The position numbers were made by a program, and so were the translations under genes. DNA of 64,000 bases from an uncultured Gammaproteobacteria bacterium (GTDB taxonomy: Bacteria > Patescibacteriota > Microgenomatia > UBA8517): positions 1,762 through 65,761 of the forward strand of contig CAZDKH010000008.1 of assembly GCA_964506225.1 (NCBI GenBank), written 5' to 3'. The notes beneath the pieces are model-generated. The model was given only the letters and a program-made list of their open reading frames with translations. It did no database searches and had not been told where the DNA came from. Shown here piece by piece: positions 26,524 to 36,438 of the stretch (the stretch's first letter is position 1; the number at the start of each line of letters is the position of its first letter).

Positions 26524-26955
26524 TCAAACGGAGCCATTCTTCAAAAATTTCCATAAACTTAATGTATTTTTCTCTTCAAGAAGAAAACTATCTTCTGTAA
26601 GAAGGGGAACACTCTTTTCCTTTGCTAACCAAAGATACAAACAATCATAAGAGGCAAATCTGCTCTCTTTCATAATATCCAAAACTTCCTTCGCTTTTCT
26701 AATATCAACCTCAACAAAGATTATTCCACAATTGGCTATCTTCTCGACCACTTTCAGCAAAAGCTTAAAATCCAACTTCTTTTTCATTGCCAACACATTA
26801 ATAACCTCCCAAACAAGAAGTGTTGGAGCCATTGCGCCCAGACTCCCGCCAACTATGGATTTGTAGACATCAAGCGCTAAGTCAACATTCTCCTCGTTTT
26901 CAGGAGAAAACCACTTCAAAACAACACTTGCATCTAAAACGACTCTAGGAGTCAC
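26524..26955 (-). CDS. vapC: PIN-domain toxin VapC
   Basis: VLDASVVLKW (first acidic residue), EV(IN) and a later D...LA acidic residue series. 143 aa. Overlaps the antitoxin by 11 nt. Confidence 0.75.
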   Translation of the reverse strand: MTPRVVLDASVVLKWFSPENEENVDLALDVYKSIVGGSLGAMAPTLLVWEVINVLAMKKKLDFKLLLKVVEKIANCGIIFVEVDIRKAKEVLDIMKESRFASYDCLYLWLAKEKSVPLLTEDSFLLEEKNTLSLWKFLKNGSV

Positions 26956-27193
26956 GGCTTCTTTCTTCTCTTAAAGCAGCTACCAAATTAACCTTCTTGC
27001 CACCTCTTGCGACTTTTTTAAAAAAGTTAACGTCGGCTTCTATTTTCTCTTGTAAAGAACCGCCACTTAAAGTAGCCGTTCTCAAACGCTCCGCTATAAC
27101 CCGCCCAACACTTTTTTTCTCACGCACAGCTTGTATACGAAGCTCTTCGTGTAATTCAGAAGGAAGGGAAATAGTGGTTCTTATAGTATCCAT
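26945..27193 (-). CDS. vapB: ribbon-helix-helix type antitoxin (VapB-like)
   Basis: 82 aa. TTISLPSELHEELRIQAVREKKSVGRVI is an RHH beta-strand plus helix signature. Confidence 0.6.
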   Translation of the reverse strand: MDTIRTTISLPSELHEELRIQAVREKKSVGRVIAERLRTATLSGGSLQEKIEADVNFFKKVARGGKKVNLVAALREERSRDS

Positions 27194-27233
27194 GTTAACA
27201 GCATAATAACATCAAAGCGTCACAATGTCAATA

Positions 27234-28772
27234 TCACTCCTGCACCCTTACTCTGTATTGTAAGGCTTCGGCAACGTGGGCAGGGGTGATACGTTTTTCT
27301 TCTGCCAAATCCGAGATGGTCTGGGAAACCTTGATAAGCCTAAAATAGGTCCTGGCTGATAAATTATAAGCATTAACCGCTTGTTTAAGTAATGCCAGGG
27401 CTTGTGGTTCTAGGCTGCAGTATTTTTTGATGTGCTTGTTTTTCATCTGAGCATTGACAAAGATGCCATCCCTTTTAAAACGCCTGTTTTGAATTTCTCT
27501 TGCTTTCATTACTCTCTTGCGAATTAAAGCTGATTTCTCTGGTTTTTTAAGCTTTAAGTTAACTGGCATTAACTTGTCAATATCAACAGCTGGCACGTTA
27601 AGATGAATATCAATTCTATCCATGATTGGTCCGGAAAGTTTGGTCTGGTAGCGCATGATTTGTCTGGGTGAACACTTACACTCCCGCTTGGGGTCTCCCA
27701 GAAAGCCGCATGGGCAGGGGTTGGCAGCAGCAATCAGGGTGAAATTTGCTGGAAACTGCACCGATCCGGCTGCTCTGGTAATTGTTACCATCCCATCCTC
27801 CATGGGCTGTCGCAAAGCCTCCAAAGTCGAGCGGCTAAACTCAGGAAACTCGTCCAGAAATAAAATACCACAATGAGCCAGAGAAATCTCACCTGGATGA
27901 GGATGGCTGCCTCCGCCAATCAAACCAATTCTGCTGGTTGTATGATGACTGACTCTAAAGGGTCTTTTATAAATCAAAGACCCCCCGGGCGCAATATTTC
28001 CTGTTACCGAGTAAATTTTGGTTACCTCCAAAGCTTCCTCGTCGTTTAAAGGAGGAAGAATCCCGGCTGTGGCGCGCGCAAGCATCGTCTTGCCAGCCCC
28101 CGGTGGCCCCTGCATAAAAACATTGTGTCCCCCAGCTGCAGCTATTTCCAAAGCTCTTTTTGCCTGTTCCTGACCCATAATCTCGCTAAAATCAAACTCA
28201 ACTATCTGGTTACTATCCTCCGGCAAGGAAACTTTGGAATTTTCTATTGGTTTAAGACCGGCTTTGGTATTAAAAAATGCGATAAGCTGGGATAAGGATT
28301 CTACCGGATAAACATCCACCCCGGCAACAACACTCCCTTCGTTTGCTGCGGGAGAGGGTACAAAGACACTTTTGACTCCCATTTTTTTGGCCGCCAAAGC
28401 CAAAAGCAAAACCCCTTTGGTGTGCCTTAGAGTTCCATCAAGGGAAAGTTCTCCGTAAAAAAATGCTTCTCCTTTTTCCAAAGGAAAAGCCTGCATTGAA
28501 GCCAAAATCCCCACAGCTATTGGTAAGTCATAAAAGGAACCCTCCTTGGGAATGTCAGCGGGCGCCAAATTGACAATAATTTTTAAGTTTGGAAACTCGA
28601 CTCCTGAATTAATAAGAGCTGTCTTCACTCTTTCTTTGGCCTCTTCAACGGATTTATTGGGAAGGCCAATTATCGAAAAGCCAGGAAAACCTTTTTTAAA
28701 AACATTCACCTCAACCTCAATTGGTACACTCTCAAGGCCAAAATGCGCTACAGATAAAATTTTAGTAAGCAT
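27234..28772 (-). CDS. comM: YifB/ComM Mg-chelatase-like AAA+ ATPase
   Basis: Lon-protease-like N-domain. Walker A GPPGAGKTMLA, Walker B ILFLDEFPEF. C-terminal Mg_chelatase_C helices. Confidence 0.9.
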   Translation of the reverse strand: MLTKILSVAHFGLESVPIEVEVNVFKKGFPGFSIIGLPNKSVEEAKERVKTALINSGVEFPNLKIIVNLAPADIPKEGSFYDLPIAVGILASMQAFPLEKGEAFFYGELSLDGTLRHTKGVLLLALAAKKMGVKSVFVPSPAANEGSVVAGVDVYPVESLSQLIAFFNTKAGLKPIENSKVSLPEDSNQIVEFDFSEIMGQEQAKRALEIAAAGGHNVFMQGPPGAGKTMLARATAGILPPLNDEEALEVTKIYSVTGNIAPGGSLIYKRPFRVSHHTTSRIGLIGGGSHPHPGEISLAHCGILFLDEFPEFSRSTLEALRQPMEDGMVTITRAAGSVQFPANFTLIAAANPCPCGFLGDPKRECKCSPRQIMRYQTKLSGPIMDRIDIHLNVPAVDIDKLMPVNLKLKKPEKSALIRKRVMKAREIQNRRFKRDGIFVNAQMKNKHIKKYCSLEPQALALLKQAVNAYNLSARTYFRLIKVSQTISDLAEEKRITPAHVAEALQYRVRVQE

Positions 28773-28773
28773 C

Positions 28774-29367
28774 CTAAATCAACCTGAAAAAATGCAATAC
28801 AATCACTAAAAACACAAAAATTAGGATCAATACCCTTAAAATATTGACTTTTCGATAATAACTACTATCATCATACTCCCAAGCTTTACCTTTAGTCCGG
28901 TAAAACTCCTCCAGATAACTATCAAGTTTAATATTGGGGTTAATCTTTAAAAGATTGCTTAACTGGTCATAAAATTGGCTATATTCACTTCGCATCAAAA
29001 TCTCAGACTTATATGAAGAATTTCCAGCAATTACTTTCACACCATAAGAGCGTCGCTTGCTATTCCGAAGCAAGGTCAATGAAAACAAAACGACAACCTC
29101 AAGCGCCTCTATCTTGGAAATCTGAACTCTATTTGCTGTAAAGAAATCTCTAACACAAAGGGTGTTTCCCTCAACAACAAACTTCTTACCCAGCAAATAA
29201 TCAAAACGATACTGGTACGAAGCTATAAATATAGCCAATGGAAGAGCCATAACCAAACTTTGGATATCAAAACCCTTTTCCAAAACCAAAGAGATGGTCA
29301 TCCAAACCACAATCCCAACAAAGCTCAGAATATCCCAAATCCTCATTACTATATAAGATTCTACCAA
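28774..29367 (-). CDS. membrane hypothetical protein
   Basis: 197 aa with 2 N-terminal TMs and 1 C-terminal TM. No recognisable motif. Confidence 0.35.
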   Translation of the reverse strand: MVESYIVMRIWDILSFVGIVVWMTISLVLEKGFDIQSLVMALPLAIFIASYQYRFDYLLGKKFVVEGNTLCVRDFFTANRVQISKIEALEVVVLFSLTLLRNSKRRSYGVKVIAGNSSYKSEILMRSEYSQFYDQLSNLLKINPNIKLDSYLEEFYRTKGKAWEYDDSSYYRKVNILRVLILIFVFLVIVLHFFRLI

Positions 29368-29501
29368 AAAGCCCTTGAAAAGTTACAAAACCTTTTAGAC
29401 ATTGATGAATAATCAACGAGTTAGCTTAAAGATGGCATGACGGACTAATAATGGCAGGAGAATCTTGGTGAATTTGGAATGTATGTAACCCGCACAAAAC
29501 C

Positions 29502-29530
29502 TTGACTTTTTGAGATTTTTTTTCTAAAAT
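29502..29530 (+). promoter_or_regulatory. sigma70-type promoter upstream of the M23 peptidase gene
   Basis: TTGACT (29502-07), 17 nt, TAAAAT (29525-30). Confidence 0.4.
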
Positions 29531-29537
29531 ACCCACA

Positions 29538-29562
29538 ATCTCGCTTACAGGCGAGATTTTTT
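29538..29562 (+). terminator. intrinsic-terminator-like hairpin in the M23 peptidase leader
   Basis: ATCTCGC-TTACAG-GCGAGAT followed by T6. Starts about 7 nt after the predicted -10. Confidence 0.4.
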
Positions 29563-29604
29563 AGTGACTCTTTCCTTGTCCCGCGGGTCAGTAAGCGGGA
29601 CTTT

Positions 29605-30279
29605 ATGGTAAAAACATCTATCAACCTGCCCCTCAGATACCGCCTGGATCTTGCCTTTGTCAAATCGCGGAGAGTAGACTCTGTGCCCAAAACCATTCTT
29701 CCCTCCTTCGCAGAATTAAGAAGGATGCGCTCCGGAAATAAACTATCAAGGTTTTTTAGGCACTTTTTTGAGCACAAAAAAGCCAAGCGCATTGTTGTTT
29801 CTCAATTGCCAATCATAATTCTTGTCTCAGGATTAATACAAAATCCAAACTCTGCCATCTCAAAAGAAATAGAAATAAACGTCACTTTAGAAATCAACAA
29901 TCTACAAATCTCAACCCAAAAGGGTATTCAGTATCCTGTCAAGAACGTAAAAATAAGCCAGGGCTATCACTTTTTTCATCCGGGAATTGATCTTGATGGA
30001 GTCACTGGAGATGAAATTAGACCAATAATGGATGGTGTAGTTGAAGAGATACAATACTCCAAATTTGCTTATGGAAACTCTGTTCTTGTTAATCATGGCA
30101 ATAAAATCGTCTCTTTATACGCACATCTTTCCAAAATTGATGTTCAAAAGGGGCAAGAAATCACCATGAATACAAAAATTGGAGAAATGGGGAAAAGTGG
30201 TCGTGCCTCAGGAGACCATCTTCACCTTGAGATAAGAAAAGAGGGCAGGCCAATTAATCCTTTGACTGTCTTACCGTAA
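29605..30279 (+). CDS. M23-family (LytM-type) peptidoglycan metalloendopeptidase
   Basis: HPGIDLDG, GNSVLVNHG, YAHLS and GDHLHLEIR are the HxxxD / HxH zinc motifs. The true start may be ATG 29725 (MRSGNKLS... plus TM). Confidence 0.8.
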   Translation: MVKTSINLPLRYRLDLAFVKSRRVDSVPKTILPSFAELRRMRSGNKLSRFFRHFFEHKKAKRIVVSQLPIIILVSGLIQNPNSAISKEIEINVTLEINNLQISTQKGIQYPVKNVKISQGYHFFHPGIDLDGVTGDEIRPIMDGVVEEIQYSKFAYGNSVLVNHGNKIVSLYAHLSKIDVQKGQEITMNTKIGEMGKSGRASGDHLHLEIRKEGRPINPLTVLP

Positions 30280-30288
30280 AAATAGTGT

Positions 30289-31017
30289 TTACTTTAAGCC
30301 AACTGTAATTACAATATCAAAACTGGACTTGTCCTCAAGATTATCACCCATCTCAAGGGTATAACTTTTGCCCAACAACTCCTTTAGCTTATCTACCACT
30401 TCTTCGGGAACATTCTTTTTGACCTGAATTTGAGTTCTCTCAAAATCATAAGAAGAGGCGTTTCCCACTTCACTCACCTTAAAACCGTTTTTCTCAATTA
30501 AATCCTTGACTTTAGAGGCAGCCCCAATTAATCCGCTTCCATTCAAAACTTCTATTTTATAGCTTGACAGCTCTTTTTGAGGCAGTTCTGTGGGAGATGG
30601 ACTAGGCGATGGAGGGAAAGTAGGAGTTGGGGTTGAAGTAGAAACCGGCTGAGTTTCTTCTTTGGGTTTTTGGGTTTTATTTGTTCCTGTGAGATAAACG
30701 TAAATACCCCCACCCAGTAGAATAACAAATACGGCGACAATGAGCACAATAACCACAAATAGTTTTATGTTTTTTGGGGGCTTTTCTTCTTGTGCATCCT
30801 CGGTAACCTCTTCCTGTTGGGGTAAACTACCTATCGGGGCGGACGTAGGCTTTGGCTCTGCCATCTCTTGTTTTAGATTTGAAACTATTTCTGCTTCATG
30901 AGGTGGCGCCCCAGAATCATCCTCAGCTGGAGCTTTTTCATCGACCACTTCTTCCACTATTCTGGCAGGGGGTCTGACTTTTCCTGCAGACTCTTGTTTT
31001 TTGGAATCATCATCCAT
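30289..31017 (-). CDS. LytR_C-domain membrane protein
   Basis: Acidic/Pro-rich N-terminus and TM LFVVIVLIVAVFVILLGGGIYVYL. C-terminal YKIEVLNGSGLIGAASKVKDLIEKNGFKV..GNA is LytR_C. Confidence 0.6.
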   Translation of the reverse strand: MDDDSKKQESAGKVRPPARIVEEVVDEKAPAEDDSGAPPHEAEIVSNLKQEMAEPKPTSAPIGSLPQQEEVTEDAQEEKPPKNIKLFVVIVLIVAVFVILLGGGIYVYLTGTNKTQKPKEETQPVSTSTPTPTFPPSPSPSPTELPQKELSSYKIEVLNGSGLIGAASKVKDLIEKNGFKVSEVGNASSYDFERTQIQVKKNVPEEVVDKLKELLGKSYTLEMGDNLEDKSSFDIVITVGLK

Positions 31018-31136
31018 ACAAATTTATTCTAAAGAACAAAAAAGAGGTTGACAAGAGTTATATTCTTACACCATATTTGCAAGAGGAGTAAACTGTTGGA
31101 TTAAAAAGGCAAAAGTAAAGACCTGAGGCACCTTCT

Positions 31137-31775
31137 CTAAGGGTAAATTTTTCTTTCTTCTAAAAGTTTTAGAACTTCATTCGCCAACTGAGTGGGATGT
31201 TTATTTCCATCCACCACCACATAAGGAAACCTTTTCATTTTTATATAACTGAGAATCTTTCTTCTCTGAAGCGATTGAAATTTTATAAAATCAAACGGTG
31301 TCTCGAAATATTCGTACGGAGAGATTTTCAGGTCCCTTTTCCTCTCATATGCAATATCTGGTGGTAAATCGATCATTACTACAAACTCACTCCCTGTTAA
31401 TGGTGATCGTTTTTCTAATTCCTTTATTGGTAGCTTTCTATATGTCTTCTCCTTAGCAAAGAAACGAATAAAAAATCCATCGGATAGCACATTCCTCCCG
31501 GCTACTATTTTTGGTTTTATAAGGTATTTCCACTCCGCGCTTATATATCGCCAAATAAAGCGGAGGCGGTTTTGACCTTTTAGGGTTTGAACAACTTCTC
31601 CAGGATTTTCAAAGTTAAGAGGAGGCCAAAGCGGTAAATCCTTTAATTTCCTCCAGTGAGAAGTGAAATATCCCTTATTTTCCAAATTGGCAAGAAGTGT
31701 ACTCTTCCCGCTTCCATCTATTCCCACCAAAATCACCAAATTGCCTCTCCTCATATTTTTCACCATACCCCCCAT
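31137..31775 (-). CDS. P-loop (d)NMP/nucleoside kinase-like protein
   Basis: Walker A VGIDGSGKST at the N-terminus, 212 aa. Thymidylate/deoxynucleoside-kinase-like size. No clear lid motif recognised. Confidence 0.5.
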   Translation of the reverse strand: MGGMVKNMRRGNLVILVGIDGSGKSTLLANLENKGYFTSHWRKLKDLPLWPPLNFENPGEVVQTLKGQNRLRFIWRYISAEWKYLIKPKIVAGRNVLSDGFFIRFFAKEKTYRKLPIKELEKRSPLTGSEFVVMIDLPPDIAYERKRDLKISPYEYFETPFDFIKFQSLQRRKILSYIKMKRFPYVVVDGNKHPTQLANEVLKLLEERKIYP

Positions 31776-32290
31776 ATTACTTCGGGAAGACTGGCAATAT
31801 CCTCCTCAAATTTTTCAAAGATTTCCTCTATTCTTTCTTTTACTCCCGGGCAAAGATTTTTAGGCATATTTGTGAGTCCAAAAAACTCTGCCTTCTCAAT
31901 TTCCGAACCCGGTTTTGCCCTCACCTCTCCCCGGCCATAACTGCTAAAAAGAAACGTTAAATTACCTTTTCCCCTCTCCCCCTTGTAAATTCCAACAAGC
32001 TTTGGTTTAAGCACCTCTAAACCTACTAGCTCCTCACTAATCTCTCGTCTTATTGCTTCATCTGGTCTTTCTCCCGTTTGAACGCTTCCCCCCGGCAAAT
32101 ACCATTCCTCTTGACCTTTATAGCGATGGCAAACAAGCAAAACAGCCATATCTTCTTTTCTAAGAACTACTATTTTTACTCCAACACTTTGGTGCCGCAA
32201 AAGAGATTTTAATTCCTCATAAACTTTATAGCCGAACTGGTATAAAAATCGTTCAAAGTTTAGCTGGAAATCTGGTAAATTCTTTTTCAT
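31760..32290 (-). CDS. NUDIX hydrolase
   Basis: Nudix box GSVQTGERPDEAIRREISEELVG (Gx5Ex7REUxEExGU). Confidence 0.8.
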   Translation of the reverse strand: MKKNLPDFQLNFERFLYQFGYKVYEELKSLLRHQSVGVKIVVLRKEDMAVLLVCHRYKGQEEWYLPGGSVQTGERPDEAIRREISEELVGLEVLKPKLVGIYKGERGKGNLTFLFSSYGRGEVRAKPGSEIEKAEFFGLTNMPKNLCPGVKERIEEIFEKFEEDIASLPEVIWGVW

Positions 32291-32294
32291 TTTA

Positions 32295-33086
32295 TTACCC
32301 TTTAATTTGTGATCTTATTTGCTTTCCTTCCTCTTCTAGTTTTTCCACGAGATCCTTAGGAATTCTTCCATATCTTGATAGACATAAACCAAAAGAGGGC
32401 CTGCGGAAGTGCAGGCCTTTTTTTTCTTCCATGATCAATCTTTTAATTAAATTAAATTTAAGCTTTTTTAAATTTTTCTGACAAAAGTAATTTTTCTCAT
32501 AGAGTACTTTCGGAAAAGAAAGATAGCGATCAATTATTCCGCCGGGATAGAACCTCCCTTTCTTATCAACAATTGCTATTGTTGTCTCAATAAGCTGATT
32601 TTGTCCTGAGGAAAAACACTGGCGAAAGTACTGAATTTTTCCACCAGAAAAGTTTCTCTGGAAATCAAAAGGCAAAGTTGGATAAAGCCTATATTGAAAG
32701 ATACTCATGGTTCTATCTGTCTTTTCCAGCTTCAATCTGCAAATTCTTTCAAACAACTTTGATTTAGTAAATCTTAAACTTATCTCCTCACCTTCTAGAA
32801 ACACCTTCAGACTAAACATTTCTAAGTTAAGGGAGATTATAAAACTGAGACTGTGAGATATAAAATTCTTAAGTACTCTTGCCAGCTCTCCAATAGAGAT
32901 TTTAGAAGAAATTATAATTTTCAAAAAATCAAAATTGGGAACTAAAAATTCCAAGTCTACATCGTGGCCCTTCTGAAGACCCATCCACGCAGAAGAACCC
33001 TCCATTAGCACTCCATCAACATAAGGGGTAAAAATTGAAACTAATTCTTTAATGATTTTTGCTTTTCTTTTTTGCTCCACGCGCAA
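32295..33086 (-). CDS. nucleotidyltransferase-fold protein (tentative)
   Basis: EGSSAWMGLQKGHDVDLEFLV resembles the hG[GS]x9-13[DE]h[DE] Pol-beta-superfamily NTase motif. The rest is unrecognised. Confidence 0.4.
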   Translation of the reverse strand: MRVEQKRKAKIIKELVSIFTPYVDGVLMEGSSAWMGLQKGHDVDLEFLVPNFDFLKIIISSKISIGELARVLKNFISHSLSFIISLNLEMFSLKVFLEGEEISLRFTKSKLFERICRLKLEKTDRTMSIFQYRLYPTLPFDFQRNFSGGKIQYFRQCFSSGQNQLIETTIAIVDKKGRFYPGGIIDRYLSFPKVLYEKNYFCQKNLKKLKFNLIKRLIMEEKKGLHFRRPSFGLCLSRYGRIPKDLVEKLEEEGKQIRSQIKG

Positions 33087-33831
33087 TCCTTAACAACCAC
33101 TCATATTTTGTCAATTTGGTAGGTATCAAATTAGAGCCAAAAATAGGTAGTAAAAGCCCTAGAAAAAGCTCAAACTCACCAAGAATAGGCTTTATGTCCT
33201 CAATTCCTTCTTTTTCAGAAACCCCGGAGAACTCTTTATCTCGCCATTTATACTCAATTTCCAATTGGCTCATTTTTTGATTAAAAGCATAACAAAAATC
33301 TAAGCTTAAAGAATATGTCCGACGGCTTTCACTGTTTTTAAAAAAGGTATAATATTTTTCTCGCGTGAGTCTCCCAAGAAGAAAGGGCTTTACTCCTAAC
33401 TTTTCTTGTTCGTTTTGGATTACCAGATTCACCTGCTTAGTAGTCAAGGGTTGTTCTTCTACCTTTTCCTCTTCACGTCTTTTAATAACCCACCCCTGAA
33501 ATGGATAATTTGAGATCGGAAAAATTTCTGACCTACTTTTCTTCCTAATCCAAAATTTCGGTGTAGAAGGATGATGAACAATCACAAATGCCTGATTAAG
33601 TTTCTTGTTTTTTTTATAAACATGGTAATCAAAATGGAAAACCCATTCAAATTTCTCCATTCCTGGAACTACCACAAACTGAGAGTTTTCTAAAACACTT
33701 TTTACTTTATCCAAAAATGAAAAGCGGGGAATTCTTAAAAGTTGGAACTTGCTTTCTATTTCAAAACCAGGAAACTCTTTATAGATGTTTTCAGGTTTGG
33801 ATATTTGACGATTGTCGTTTTTTGCCTTCAT
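33049..33831 (-). CDS. CYTH-like (triphosphate tunnel metalloenzyme) domain protein (tentative)
   Basis: N-terminal E-I-E-S-K (33748-33762) matches the ExExK signature. Basic strands WIRKKSR / RLTREKY. C-terminal SLDFC....LEIEYK resembles the terminal hDxxxxxGxFhEhE strand. Confidence 0.4.
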   Translation of the reverse strand: MKAKNDNRQISKPENIYKEFPGFEIESKFQLLRIPRFSFLDKVKSVLENSQFVVVPGMEKFEWVFHFDYHVYKKNKKLNQAFVIVHHPSTPKFWIRKKSRSEIFPISNYPFQGWVIKRREEEKVEEQPLTTKQVNLVIQNEQEKLGVKPFLLGRLTREKYYTFFKNSESRRTYSLSLDFCYAFNQKMSQLEIEYKWRDKEFSGVSEKEGIEDIKPILGEFELFLGLLLPIFGSNLIPTKLTKYEWLLRIARGAKKKSKNH

Positions 33832-33928
33832 TCTAAGCTAATTTTACTTCCTCTGTTAATCCACGTAAAATAAAAATGATACTACACGGGCTAATTTAAC
33901 GCTTAGGAAAAGTAAAGAAGAACTATCC

Positions 33929-35867
<1,939 letters not shown>

Positions 35868-35885
35868 AGTTTTTTTTAATTCGCA

Positions 35886-35913
35886 ATTATAAAAACTAAT
35901 TGCCGCTTGTCAA
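35886..35913 (-). promoter_or_regulatory. groESL sigma70 promoter
   Basis: Minus strand reads TTGACA (35913-35908), 16 nt, TATAAT (35891-35886). It lies 18 nt upstream of the groES ATG. Confidence 0.6.
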
Positions 35914-35920
35914 GAGGCAA

Positions 35921-35947
35921 TTAGCATTCCTCATCTACGAGTGCTAT
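35921..35947 (-). promoter_or_regulatory. CIRCE-like (HrcA operator) inverted repeat
   Basis: Plus strand TTAGCATTC-N9-GAGTGCTAT versus consensus TTAGCACTC-N9-GAGTGCTAA (2 mismatches). Lies just upstream of the -35. Confidence 0.55.
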
Positions 35948-36438
35948 TGTAGTAATTTAGATTGAGCTTTGTCAAGTAGCTGTTTTTTGATTTTATGATA
36001 AGCATTCCAGCGGCCCATTGCTGCAAACATTTTCAGTTCTGACTCAGGAGTTGTAACCCAGATTTCCTGTCCATCAAGTCTAACCTTTTTTCTTTCTGTT
36101 GCACTAAAAACCTCCGACCAGTTTTGAATTTTGCTTTTTGGATTTTGAATTTTTATCTGCCACTCCCCCATTACCTCAACATCAACACCATTTATCTTAA
36201 ATTTCCCAAAATAAGATTTAAATTTATCAGATATTTTGAATTCAACTTTCTCAAGCAAGTAATCCTTGAAAATCTCGTTACACGCCAGTGCCGTCTTTTT
36301 ATCACACAGAATATCTATATCATCTACATTCATCTCAAAGCCCTGAAGAACCAAGCTTGCAGTTCCACGGATAGCGTATTGGTAATCTTTTAGGGCTTTT
36401 GCCAAAAAAATTATTGTTTTTTCAAAATTTTTAAGCAT
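35944..36438 (-). CDS. small nucleotidyltransferase-fold protein (tentative)
   Basis: IRGTASLVLQGFEMNVDDIDILCD resembles the G(S/T)x..DxD NTase motif. 164 aa. Confidence 0.35.
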   Translation of the reverse strand: MLKNFEKTIIFLAKALKDYQYAIRGTASLVLQGFEMNVDDIDILCDKKTALACNEIFKDYLLEKVEFKISDKFKSYFGKFKINGVDVEVMGEWQIKIQNPKSKIQNWSEVFSATERKKVRLDGQEIWVTTPESELKMFAAMGRWNAYHKIKKQLLDKAQSKLLQ

